Shown here: positions 39,275-51,855 of the stretch, piece after piece
How the letters are laid out: the number at the start of each line of letters is the position of its first letter
Position numbering within the stretch: position 1 is the first letter of the stretch
Assembly (NCBI GenBank): GCA_053919585.1
Contig: CM132801.1
Origin: Euprymna scolopes
Lineage: Eukaryota
Length of the DNA stretch: 64,000 bases
Strand: one strand, 5' to 3'
Notes under the pieces: model-generated
Databases searched by the model: none
The model's input: only the letters and a program-made list of their open reading frames with translations
What the model was told of the DNA's origin: nothing
Made by a program: the position numbers and the translations under genes

Positions 39275-39661
39275 AGCAACAACAACTATGACGATGAAGG
39301 TAACATTCCACAAATAAATAAATAAATTACTCATCTCAAATGATTCCAATAGAGCATAATATATTATACCATTCGCTACAGACTTGACAATGGAAGATTA
39401 GATAAGAATAATATATCTGGATTTGTAAGACCAAAACATACAACCTTGATCGCCCTTCGGAGCCCGTGGCGTAGTGAATAAAGTCGTTAAATCTCTACAG
39501 TTTCAGGTGAGTATTGTCTGAAGGTAGCAGTTTCAATCCTACCCAAAGCAGGCCAGAGGTTTAGTTGGTCAAAAGGTGGTGAAACAACAACAATTATGGA
39601 AAGCAGTAATTACTGGGGGATACAGTTATGAGACTCAGCATTCCTATCTTGTCGCGATTAA

Positions 39662-39705
39662 TCACCTGAAGAAGGGCAGAGGATGAGTTGGCCAAAACGT
39701 TGTGA
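39662..39705 (+). ncRNA. Degenerate type I hammerhead (family 4, copy 2; G12>A)
   Basis: TCAC CTGAAGA a GGgCAG aggatgag TTGGCC aAAA CG TT GTGA; palindrome AACGTT. Confidence 0.6.
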
Positions 39706-39799
39706 AGCAACACCAATTATGAAGATGAGCATAACAATCCGCAAATAGATTAAAACACACATTTTCAGTATTTCTCCACATTAATCGTTATTAAGTTCT

Positions 39800-40370
39800 T
39801 GACATTTCATTTTCTTTTGGATTTTCCATATTTTGAAGCTGTTTGTAATTTCGGAACCTAAAGGATGGCACCCAGTATGACTTTCTCTGAGGGGTTGTTA
39901 CTAACTTCATTTGAATACTGTTTCTTTCTTCTGGTGTTTTTTTTTTATTATGTATATATTATATGCCTGATCTGTTTAGCAACTGTACTTGTTTCTCTGT
40001 AGGAGCTGTTAGTTAGAAATACGCAAAAAAAAGTTCCGTCAATTTAACATGATTTTTCTTTTATTATTTATTTGATCGTCCAGGTTTTTAATGCTTTGAT
40101 AACACTCTATCAAATACTGTCTTTTTCTTTCTTACAAACATTACTTCTGTCGACATAATGAAAGATGGGGCATTCTTATTATGAGTGATGTTGTCTATGA
40201 TGTCTATCTTTACGTAAGTCTCTTAAAGTTTTCTACGAAACGTTCCGTCTGTCCATGATTCCCTGCATGATACGGAGCGCTTGTGATATGCTCCTCAAAA
40301 AATGCTTGACAAAATTCTTTGAATTCATAGACGTGAATTGCATCTCATTTTTTGACACAATGAATTCAAT
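39800..40370 (-). mobile_element. Gypsy-type LTR retrotransposon integrase relic
   Basis: Minus-strand reading VSKNEMQFTS...HITSAPYHAGNHGQTERFVENFKR matches the DNG.QFTS / PYHP.SNG..ER integrase core. Confidence 0.75.
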
Positions 40371-40569
40371 AACCACGAATTCTTTTTTTTTTTTTTGCCG
40401 TCCAGCTTTTAAACCTATTAATAATAAACATTACCTTTATTATATACTTCAAATATTTCTGAACTGAAACAGATCTTTTAAATACAACATTCCCACCACT
40501 TTTTATCAGACATGATTCATGTTTTGTACGAATTATATTGCAGTAATAAATTGCAAGCATTTAATAATA

Positions 40570-41322
40570 AAGTTTTTGAAAACTTCACATATCTTGGAAG
40601 CACTCTAAGCACTGACAAATAAATAAGCTGCCGAATCCAAAGCGCTGACAAAGAAATAAGCTGCCGAATCCAAAGCGCATGTGCCTCCTTTGGTAAGCTA
40701 GAAATGCGGCTCTGTAAAAGGACCAGTATCCGGCTGGACACAAAGTGCAGAGTCTACAAAGCCGTCGACCTGCCAACCTTGTTGCACTCAGCAGAGACCT
40801 CAACTCTGTAAAGAGAACACATAATGAGACCGGAAGCCGCCCAGCAGAGACACCTGAGAAGGATCATAAAGATAAAATGGAGTGACTAGTTATTAAGGAT
40901 CTCAGGAGAGCAAACCTAGACAGCGTGGAAGCTACCCTTGTTACTATGCAACTACGATGGACCGGGCACATTACCAGAATGGAAGACAATCGAATTCCAA
41001 AGATGATCTACGGAGAACTGGAAAATGGAACCCGTAAGCTTTACTACAAAGATGTAATAAAGTGGCACCTGAAGGCGATGAACATTGGGAGGAACAAGCC
41101 AAAGAAAAAAGTAGATGGCGGAACAGTCTCTACAAAGAGAAAGAAGAAATAGAGAGAAAGACTGGAGAAGCCTTAGAGCTGAGACACTATCGACGACACA
41201 TCCCCGGCACCCACATATGCGGTGCCTGTGACCGGACGTTTCACAAAGGAAGAAGACTACGCCAACACTGAGAGATAAAGCACTGAGGTTCCGACTAGTC
41301 ATCGTCAAGACTGACAGACTGC

Positions 41323-41366
<44 letters not shown>
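40570..41366 (+). mobile_element. RTE-clade LINE 3' fragment with (GAT)n tail
   Basis: FTYLGSTLS, TKCRVYKAV, QLRWTGHITRMEDNRIPK..YGEL, C-terminal CGACDRTF. Confidence 0.9.
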
Positions 41367-41369
<3 letters not shown>

Positions 41370-42026
41370 CGAAAAATATAATATTTCTCCATAAACGAAC
41401 AAATATTATATTAAAATCTACATAGATACATAGACGTCAAAGTTAGGCAACAAATGTTAGATTCTTTTCGTATGACGTAACATCCGGTGTTACAACGTCA
41501 CATTCATCTATACGCGAATTAAAGACTTTAAGAAACATTAGGTATTACAATAAGCGGATGCTCTTTGCGCATACGTATTTGTTTAATACCAAAACTCTTT
41601 TAATGAATTATTTATATAAAGGTAGATGTTTACTTTGTGCTCACGTGCTTAGTAAATAGATGTTAACTAATAGATTGTCATTCTGCCCTCCGTTCGCTAT
41701 AAATTATTCATTATGAGGAAACGGTTTCGTGAATAATTATCTCATCCTCAATTATATATAAATGTATATCAGAAAGACTAGGCTGATCTCAAAGTTTAGC
41801 ATCTGTTTTGGTATTACGCTTCAACTTTTCTGTCCTTTGACAGTAAAGGAGAAATCTATCTAGATTGGGGCAAATTTTATTTTTGCCCCAATCGGGAGCG
41901 ATCCTTTTTGATGGAAGGTTAATTTTCCTCCCATTATAACACAATTCTCATGAGGATGAAAGTAAATAGGGACATAGCGCACACAGGCTTCTAGAATTTA
42001 AGCAAATTCAATCTAAATTATAAAGC

Positions 42027-42090
<64 letters not shown>

Positions 42091-42455
42091 CCAAAATTTA
42101 GGTATTAATATTTTATGATTTGAAAAGGTTAATATTTTTATTGTTTGACAGCAAAGACTACAATTTAATAAATCTATTTCCTTTCGATGCTTATTCATCT
42201 CCTTAGAGGAAAAATATTACCGAATATTTTTATTGCTTTGTACTTATTTGCTAAAATCAATAAACATAGGAAATTAAAGTTTTTAAATTTATTAATTACT
42301 GGATTTGCATACCAGTAGATATATTTAATTTCACTATTCTGAAGTATATATATATTATGGCAGTAGTAGTTTCCTAGAAGTACACCAATTGAAACAACAT
42401 GTGTCTACAAAAAAGGTGGTCACTGATTTAACAGAGCAGGTATATTTTATTTATT

Positions 42456-42619
42456 ATACAAACACTGATGACTACATATGTGCATACATGTTTCTGTAAT
42501 CACCCGTTATTGGGGAGATTACGTCTTCAGGAGTGAAATTCGTGGCCTGAAGACGTAATCTCCCCTAACGGGTGATCACAGAAACATGTATGCACATATG
42601 TAGCCATCAATGTTTGTAT
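42456..42619. repeat. ~75 bp inverted repeat with hammerhead-like motif in each arm
   Basis: Arms 42456-42531 and 42546-42619. CTGAAGA c GTAATC tCCC..GGGt GATTAC a GAAA CATG TA; stem I poorly paired. Confidence 0.75.
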
Positions 42620-42620
42620 G

Positions 42621-42651
<31 letters not shown>

Positions 42652-42793
42652 CTTTGATGGTACAAGATATATACTTATAATGTATATATTCAATAAAATG
42701 ATTTCAAAAGTGCCTTATGTAAGTAAGGTCAATAAAAATGAATTTGCACATTAAGAGCACAAACTAATGTATTTTTCTTATGGATTTCTATGG

Positions 42794-42848
42794 GTCTCTG
42801 ATGAGTTGCTAGTTTAATCTATACCATTCAAAGAAACGCGTGTAAGAC
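42794..42848 (+). ncRNA. Type I hammerhead motif, family 5
   Basis: GTCT CTGATGA gTTG...CAAa GAAA CGCGTG TA AGAC; flanks homologous to 35720-35850 and 37800-37930. Confidence 0.65.
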
Positions 42849-42918
42849 GTACTATACCAACAATGAAATAATATGAATATTATATAAATATATTTGTGAT
42901 TTTATAAAGTTTACTAAC

Positions 42919-42960
<42 letters not shown>

Positions 42961-42964
<4 letters not shown>

Positions 42965-43755
42965 AGCAGTTCAAACCGGCTTTGCTTTGGCCCTATGTGC
43001 TCTTCATATCTTTATGTGCATATGCATATATAGATATTAAAATGTCTGACTCATGTGCAGGTAACCTAAAATTTCAAGTGGTTAAACCCGAAATTGTCGG
43101 AGTGTGGTAGAGTCTGCAAAGGTCAACAACGTCTTCGCAACAAATCACAACATCTTGGCAGTCAAATTCTCGCCCAAAAATTGATTAAAAAGTTTGCTGC
43201 ATATCTGAATACGCTTTATGTAAAATTTCAAATGGTTAGACCTCAAAATGACTGAATGGTCAAATCTTTTGAACTTTGACATTTTGGCAGCCAAATTTTC
43301 GCAAAAAAAAACAACGATTAAAAAGCTAGCCCTATGTCTGAAAACACTTTATGTAAAATTTCAAATGTTTAGACCAAAAATTGCTTGAGTAATTTGGTAG
43401 AGACCGCAAAGGTCATTTTTTTTAACCCTAATTTTGACCCCGTTAACGTTTATTGTTTTGGACTCAAATAAAATTAAAAAGTTTGATCCATGTCCAAGTA
43501 CCCTGCATGTAAACTTTCGAGTGTTTAAACCCAAAATTGGCGGAGGATTTTTATAGAGTTTTTAAAGTTTAAATCTTTGAACTTAGATCCCTTGACAACC
43601 AAATTGCTGACTGAAAACCAATCAAAAAGATGTTTCCAAATCTCAATAACCTTTATGTCAAATTTCGAGTCTGTAGACTGAAAATTGACAGAGTAGTGTG
43701 GTATGAAAATGTACACACATAGACACACAGAAACCTACAATTTCACTTTTATATA
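42961..43755 (+). mobile_element. Helitron-like repeat family A, near complete
   Basis: taccagcagttcaaaccggctttgctttggccc head, subrepeats, acacacag..ttcactttta tail. Confidence 0.6.
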
Positions 43756-43774
43756 TATGTGGCAAGAGTTGCTC

Positions 43775-43985
43775 AATCTCAACCACACCTCTCCTGAGTC
43801 GATATTGCTAAATACCAGTGGCAAGTGGAGGTTCAGGACGACTGGAAACAATGCCGAGATAAGCGGAAAGCATATACAGCGCCTAGAATTCCCAAATGGT
43901 CACCCATTTGGTACTAGCAAGACTCAACGTTGAATAAATTCGGTGATATGATGAGAACCGGTGTGTCAACGCGATTATGTCGCAG
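43775..43985 (-). mobile_element. 5S-derived SINE (SINE3-like)
   Basis: 5S head 43875-43985 (caccggttctcatcatatcaccgaa..agtaccaaatgggtgacc..gggaattctaggcgctgta) plus the shared body. Confidence 0.8.
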
Positions 43986-45403
43986 AATACATACATACAT
44001 ACATGATGATTGCAACGTCTTGTAAGACGAGTGCCACTCCCTCAGATACTTAAAGTCCATGAGCCCAAAAATGACTTCCATCGCCACAGGCCCATTTTTA
44101 TAGACAAAAACCTGAGAGAGTATCTATACACAGATGATGTTACAGAGTCTTAGCTTTGTACGACAGCTAAATCTCTCTCTCGGTTCAAAATGTTGAGATC
44201 CAGTAACAAGCAAGAGCAAGGTAGCCAGCAACAAATTAAACTGCAGACCAGCTTAATGCGGATACTGTTCTCCTGCTTTATGTTTTTTTTTTATATCAGA
44301 GATTTGCTTCTCCTAGAAAGGTTGCCTTCACCACGGCTTACGGGAGTCCTCTCCACCCCAATACACATATACACACACACAAATATACACGGTACTAGTT
44401 GGCCGTTAACCCAGAAAAAGAGTTCATTCGCCCATACATACATACATACATACATACATACATACATACAAACGTTCATACATACATGCATACAAACGTT
44501 CATTCGCCCATACATACATACGTGCATACAAACGTATATGTATATAAGCACGATTTCATCGGTATCCTTCAGTTTCAACAAATTATTATCTTGAGCTCAC
44601 ATAGGCAAGTAAGTATGGAGGTAAGTTGTTAACTATACAGCAGAATGCTGCTCTGTACAGTTTTGGACTCACTTAAGGACTCCGACACCTAATATCCCCT
44701 CAAAGTTAACATCGACGCCTTTCTGTGAAGACTGCAGTCGTTCGCCTTAGGTTACATGCTCAAAACAATAGGAACTTGTCCGCATCGCCAAACCTCGACT
44801 CTGACAACGTCGAAACCAATCATACATACGATTGTCGAGGAGAGAAAAAGTGAATGAACTGCAAAAGAATGTTGCAGACCTCCATCATTAATAAAATAAA
44901 ATGTAAATCATAATAAAGTGATATAGATGCTTGAAGCATTGCATGTAATATATAGATAGAATATAGAAGGTTACCACAATGCAAGTTGAATATTAATAAA
45001 TACTTCATTTAGTCTTCCTTTCCACCCAGTGGTCTAATGTGTGTAACCGTATCCAATAATATATTTTTGAGGTAAAACCTCTTGATCAAAAAGTAAGCAT
45101 TTTTAAATCCCACTACTTATTTTACTATGCATTAAATATCACAGTGACATAATAGCAAATAGATGTAAATTTAAAATGATTAAATAATCGCCGTTTAATT
45201 TAGTTGTTATTATCATATTTATATATGTATTTTGAATTTATTTATTACTGTTATATTTATGTATTTTATACTTATTCATATATTTCAAATTATTTGATGT
45301 GTTAGATTAATTTTAATAAGTTGTTAACATATTAATATAATACAAAGTTAGAATTTATGAATTTATCCCGTTAACGATTATGATTAAACATTTCGTCGAA
45401 GGA

Positions 45404-45945
45404 TTGAGTACTGTTGCCACATCTGGACAGGAGCTGCTAGAAAGGATTTATCCTGCCTTGATAGACTTCGTAGCCTCATAGGAGATGTCCTTTTTTCTTC
45501 CATGCAACCTCTTTCTCACAGAAGAGATGTTGCGAGTTTGTCTTTTCGTTATCGTTATTTTCATGGCAAGTACTCGACTGAGCTTCAATCTATGGTCTCC
45601 CCTCGCCAAACTTTCACAAGAAACACTCGTCTAGCTGAAAACACTATCAATAATTCACCCACTCTTTATCTACGCCTAAACCTAAACGTAGATTCCATGA
45701 ACAGAGTTTCTTTCTTAGAAGTGCACGCCTGTGGAACTGTCTTCCGTTTTCCTGCTTTCCAGCTGATTACAATATGGTTGTCTTCAAGTCCAATGTAAAC
45801 AAGTTCTTGATAAGCCGTTGCCCTTAAGTTAACAAATTTACTGAATTTCCATTACTGACAAATACTATATTTTCCAATTGACTACTGTACACTCTTTAAC
45901 CTTTATCCTCGAGTAACCCCTGGGCCTTAACAAGTGGTGAATAAA
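45404..45945 (+). mobile_element. CR1/Jockey LINE 3' fragment (same family as 1384-3650)
   Basis: EYCCHIW, QPLSHRRDVASL; 3' end ggccttaacaagtggtga. Confidence 0.9.
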
Positions 45946-47299
45946 GTTAGTTGCTAATGTCTGATTTTGATATTCTAATTTTACTTGTAAAAGCGGAATG
46001 TTTTGAAATATATAAGCAGATAAGTTAAATTTATGTCTGCGAACTGACAATAATTCTTTAAATCTTCTCATTTATTTCCCCCCCCCCGTTTTCATATTCC
46101 TGTTAGAATTAATCGTGGCAAATCTATGTATTAATTATATTAAGATTTTTTTATTTTTATATATTTTTACATCGTAATGCAAATGATTGAATACGTATGA
46201 GTTACTGTAAAACCGAAACGTGAAAGATGAATTGTAATACTGTGACGGCCATTGTAAACATGGTAGCAATTATGTAAAGGTTTTCAAAGATGCAGCGAAG
46301 CAAACGTTGGTCGTGAAATGTTTACAACAGAACCGCGGAAGGCCGGGCCAAGAAGTCATAAAACGAAAAAGAATCGTTTGGAACAAAAGCGGAAATTTGA
46401 CGGCATAAAATGAATTGAAGACAATAAATAATCGGTAAAAGCGACAAGGATGAAGATGAGAACGAAAATGCAAAATCAATTAAATGTGGGCAGCAGGTCT
46501 TTCTGTTTTGTTGTTTTTTTTATATTTTGTTTTTGTTTGTTGTTTTTTTGTGTTTTTGGGGGGTGGGTCGATTTGTGTTTTTCTTTTTTTTTTTTTGGTG
46601 GATGACTTTTGTTTTAAATGCTTCGAACATCTTGAATTTCTCAAGTTCAATAAAAATGAATTGAGAAGAAAAGATGGCGGCTGGGAGAGAGTGCGAAATT
46701 AGATGAAAGAACAGAACAATAATATATATATATGGTTCGAGAAGACGGCCAGAAGGAAAGAAATAAAGATCGGCGAGAAAAAGAAAGAATGGTAGAAAAA
46801 GCAAAAAAAAAAAAAGATTGTAGAAACAAATAAAGATTGTTAGGCGAAAACAATCAACGGTAAGCATAATAGGGAAATAAAAAAAAAATGGAAAGAAAAT
46901 ATTGACGGTGAGAATGGAAAGCGAAAATAAAGACAACTAATAAAGGAATAATGAAGAATGCTTGAGAAAAGAGAATAATCATATGTTTATAAAGAAAGAA
47001 TGTTAAAAAGAAATAACGAAAAAAAAATGGTAAGCAAAAAAGGAAGAGATCAGGAAACAAAAAAATAATAGAAAAAAAGAAATAAAAGAAATGAATAGAA
47101 AGAAATAATGAGAGGAAATAGATGATAAGAATGGATAAAAACAAAAAAAATGACAACAAGAAATAGAACAAATCAAAAGAAAAATAACTACTAGAAAAAT
47201 ATAAAATAAGAACGAATGGTAAAAAATGAAGAAATATGAAAGAATAAAAAAAAAGAAATAATAGTAAAAAAGGAAAGAATAATATAAAAGAAAGGAAAT

Positions 47300-47781
47300 C
47301 TATAATATAAATCTCACCTGTCTGTTTAAACGTGTGTATGTATGTATGTATGTGTATGTATGTATGTATGTATGTATGTATGTATGTATGTATGTCTAAA
47401 ACTTTCGATAGAAGCGATGGGTTTTCACGATGTCGTTATCATTTTGAAGCTCGACCCTTCGGAAAAGAAATGTCGAAAAATTGGCCAAAAACATTCATTA
47501 ATTTTTCACCGCCAACTGGGCACTTTTCTACGGGGAGAGATTGTTTTTCCGACGATATTTTCGAAAGTCATCCCCTCTTTTCGATTGTCTAGCCTTAATT
47601 TTAATGTACGTCACTTCCGGTTTGGCGATGGACGCAACAGAAAAGACGTCACGTTTTTTTTTCATGTTCTTTTCCTTATTCGCGGTACGGGTTCGAGCCT
47701 GCTTGCCGGCCTGCCTACTACGAATGTTTTTCTTATCACACACATCCAAACACCCGGGCCACGCCGGGCAGCCAGGCTAGT
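47300..47781 (-). mobile_element. Helitron-like repeat family B
   Basis: actagcctggctgcccggcgtggcccgggtgtttgg head; (TATG)n. Confidence 0.6.
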
Positions 47782-48955
47782 ACATAAAGAAATATAGATT
47801 GTTAGGAACACAAAGAAAGGAAAAAAGGAAATAATCTATTTAAGCGTAACAGCTCGGCAATTATGTGATTCGAAACTTAAGCCTGACTGACGAAAAAAAA
47901 ATGCTATTCTAAACATAAACTACCTAGACTCACAGACGGACAGAGCATTTTATATGGAATGCATCTAAAAAAGATTGAACCCTTTCAGTATGTGAGATTA
48001 AGCATGACCTAAAGATATAAGACTGACATACATCTTAATCCTTTACATATACTGACAAGGTTAACGGCAATGTGGACAAAAAACACAAGCCATGTCCCAA
48101 ACTTAAGAAATTATGTTTCTCGTACAAAATTTGCTTCTACACTAATAACGAAACAAATAGCGATGTGATCTGTTCTCAATTACGTCCGCATACGATTTGT
48201 ATATCTTTTCGCGTCCAAAGTACAAAATCAATTTTTAAGATGATGACTCAACATTTAACGACCAAAATTTCAACAGTCAACCAGCTGAGTCCCAAAAACC
48301 AAGACAGTCGGCTAATTCGATATTATGCTCGGACTTTTCTGCACTAAGAGATTAAAAGAGTGTAATATTCCCAACTCAGTAACAAACCATCATCATGCAT
48401 ATGTATACAGATAAAAGCAGCACACGCAATGCCCAAGTTTCTCCCACAGACAAGAGACAAGCATATACACATATTCACTTCTCATTCTGAATATTCTACA
48501 ACCTTGCTAAACAGTTTTTATCTCTTTTATTCAATGTTTTCATCCATTTTCCAATATTTTTGCACTTATCTGGTTTACGACCCAATTTACGGCAAACTTC
48601 ACGTCAGCATCTTCCGGTATATTACGTACGCATATGGGAGTTACCGAACTGGGAACTGCCAGAGGATTAATTAAAATTGCAGCGTTCCCCATTTCTCAGT
48701 GTAATAAGGTGTTTCTATTTAGAAAGCCATTTTTAATATGTAGAAGAAGGGTTCACGTTGACATAACGTACTGAAACTCATTTACTGTTTGTAAATTTTT
48801 TTTTCTTCATCTAATGAAATTCATGTGTCTTCTGACATCTAATTGAATAATTGCTTCAGCATCTTGCAGCTGATTACATAATTTGCCGGAAGATGCGTTT
48901 GTAAACTGTAGAAGTACGAACATTTGCTAAAACTTGCGGGGAATGCTCTGTTTTA

Positions 48956-49500
48956 CGGTTGTTGTAAAAATGGAACGGAAATTTATTTTCGTTCCGTTTT
49001 AAATTCGGTACATTTTTTCATTACGTCCGATTATCATTCACATTCGACATGCCAACTTTTGTACCTTTTCGGGTATGCTGACAAGGTTAAGGTTGTCTAT
49101 TTTGAAAGCCGTTCTTATCATGGGAAGGTGGGAAGTGTCTATTCTGGAAGCCATTCTTAACATGCGGAGGTTGGGGTGTTTATTAGTTGTAAGCATAATC
49201 GAAAATCTATGAAAGTCGACATTTCCAATGCGTTGAACAATGAGTTGGACATATGTAAAAAAAAAAAAAAAAAAAACCCAAAAAAGTATACCAATTTGAC
49301 ATTTTCGTTTAAAAATAAAATAATTTCGGTTTTGTTAATGAAATTTTATTTTTATAAAAAGAATCTTTCATTTTTATATATATAAATGTCATTCTTTCGG
49401 GTACTTTCGTTTTTTTTTTGTTTGCTTGTTTTTTTTGTTAAAATAAAAAAGATTAAAATGGAACAAAATTTAAATTTCCGTTCCATTTTTACAACAACCG
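48956..49500. mobile_element. Non-autonomous Tc1/mariner-type element (MITE) with perfect 30 bp TIRs and TA TSD
   Basis: TA-cggttgttgtaaaaatggaacggaaattta ... taaatttccgttccatttttacaacaaccg-TA. Confidence 0.9.
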
Positions 49501-49521
49501 TAAAACAAATGTATTGAAAAT

Positions 49522-50015
49522 AGACTTCGTAGCCTCGTAGGGGGTGTTCTTTTCTCTTCCCTGTACCCTCTTTCTCACAGAAGAGATGTTGCGAGTTTGT
49601 CTCTGCTTTATCATTTTCATGGCAAGTGGTCGGCTGAGCTCCAATCTTTGGTCCTCCCCTCGCCAAAATTTCACAAGAAACACCCATCTAGCAGAAAACA
49701 CTATCACTAATTTCACCCACTCTTTATCTCTGCCTAAACCTAAACGTAGATTCCATGAGCTAAGATTCTTTATTAGAACTGCACGCCTATGGAATTGTCT
49801 CCCGTTTGGCTGTTTCCCACCTGACTACAATATGGTTGTCTTCAAGTCTAACGTAAACAAGTTTTTGATGAGTCGTTCCATATAAGTTAACAAATTTACC
49901 GAATTTCCATTACTAACGATTACTATATTGTCCAATTTCTAATGTACACTCTTTAACCCTTATCCTCGAGTGGCCTCTTGGCCTTGATAAGTAGTGATGC
50001 CAAAGTAAAAAAAAA
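49522..50015 (+). mobile_element. CR1/Jockey LINE 3' fragment
   Basis: RTARLWNCLP..FPPDYNMVVFKSNVN; ends ggccttgataagtagtga plus A-tail. Confidence 0.9.
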
Positions 50016-51419
50016 ACAGAGCATTCCCCGCAGGTTTAACCAAACATTTTAATACTTTTTACTCGACAGCGTACGTAGTTCATAGCACACTCTAAAGACG
50101 CGATAACTGTTTACACTTTATAGTATTCACGGCTCACATTACTATATACCAAAATGTCGGACCGAGCCCCATCTAGAGATGCTGGGAAGTTGCTAGTAAA
50201 TTGAAAGGCTAATGATGAAGTTACGAAAGAAGTAAATTAAGAATACATAAAAATAATAATCCGAAAGTGAATTGTTTTGTGTGCCGAGTTTGGAAAAAGA
50301 CGAAGGAGAAAACGAAACAAAATCAATTTTGATTATGGGTTCGAGAAGAGAGAAATACGCGCACCGGGTTTGTAGTTTTTGTTTGTCTTGATTTTGTTTT
50401 GTGGTCATTACGCGGATTGGGCGCGTGTGGTAAAGACGTGGGGGTGCGGAAATGAAGAGGATAAGACCAATTCGCATCAGGAAGGGGGTGAAATTATTGT
50501 ACAGTTTTGTCGACTTGATAGATGGAATATGTCAACGCAATAACACCGTTCGTTCGGAAAGAAAGAGATGCCACAAATGAGAAAACAAAGGAGCAAACGA
50601 ACTGCAAAAAAAGAAAAATAAATAAATAAATAAAAATGAAAACGCGAAAAACAAACTAATCGAATAAAAGGTAAATTCAGAGAAAGCAATAGAATGAAAC
50701 AAACGTATGTTTTTGTGGGGAAAAGAGAAAAAGAAAGATAAAATAAAAAGCAAATGAGTTATATTAAGATGGAAAAAAAGAAAGAGTAAACAAAGGACAA
50801 TGCAAACAGAAAAGGGCAGGAATTGATGTAGAAAAAAGAGAAGGATAACATGAATAAAGGGAGACAAAAAATAACATGAAAAATAGAAGCAAAAAATTCA
50901 ATTACAAAAAGGAAAGAAAAAGAAGAGAAAGGAAATAAGAAATATCGACAGAAAAAAAGAATGAATGCCAGAAAAGAAACAAAGAAATTTAATTTTAAAT
51001 ACTGAAAAAATACAATAATTTTCATAAAAAAATAGATTAAAAAGGACAGAAAAATTTAAAGAAAGAAAAACAGAAATAATGAGAGAAAAAAAATCAGAAA
51101 ATAACGACATGAAAAGTAAAAATAAGTAATAATAAAGTTTTTAAACATAATCAAAGCAAGGGAAAAAGGTAAAATAGTATGAGAATAGGGTTGGTTGGTT
51201 GTTTTTGTTTTACGGCATATCAACCCTTTTCAGTTATTTAATGCCGAATCCAAAAATTTTCAAGAAAGATTTTTTAATAGAATATATTTGTTGTTTTCAA
51301 GTCGGTTTCTATTTAACAATTAGTTAACAGGTACTACCACTCCGGGTCAGAGCGGACCTAGGAGCTATGGCAAGTAAAGGGTGGCTCTACACTCTCCAAA
51401 GCCAGCAAGAAAGTGGAGG

Positions 51420-51855
51420 TGCGTGTAAGGGTGTTGGTTGAGCAAAAAAAGGGGGTAGTAGGCAGACAAGTTTGAATCCGTACTGCGAAGGAGAAAAACA
51501 AAGTGAAAAAAAAAATGTGACGCGACATGTTAGCTGTTGCGCCTACTCCCAAACCAGAGGTGACGTAGGTTTAAATCAAAGCTAGACAATCGAAAATAGG
51601 CGATGACTTTCGAAAATATCAGCGAAAATAGCGCCCCCTCCCTGAAGAAAAGTGCCCAGTTGAGGGTGAAGGAATTAATGTTCTGGGCCAATTTTTCGAT
51701 ATTTTTCGTCCGAAGGATCAAACTTCAAGATGATATAGATCTCGTGAAACTTCGATTCTGTCAAAAGGTTTTGCGAGGCATACATACATACATACATACA
51801 TACATACATACATACATACATACATTTAAACAGACAGGTGAGATTTATATTATAG
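51420..51855 (+). mobile_element. Helitron-like repeat family B
   Basis: Homologous to 47300-47781; (CATA)n then aaacagacaggtgagatttatattatag. Confidence 0.6.

Larger units (their letters stand above)
39170..39750 (+). mobile_element. Tandem tRNA-headed hammerhead repeat (family 4), unit ~433 bp
   Basis: 39175-39320 repeats at 39606-39750. A-box-like TGGCGTAGTG 39467, B-box-like AGTTTCAATCC 39529. Degenerate hammerheads at 39229-39274 and 39662-39705. Confidence 0.7.

Noticed and set aside
51325-51405. GC-rich structured-looking segment considered as an HDV-like ribozyme
   Set aside because: Could not build the nested double pseudoknot by eye; more likely a SINE body fragment.
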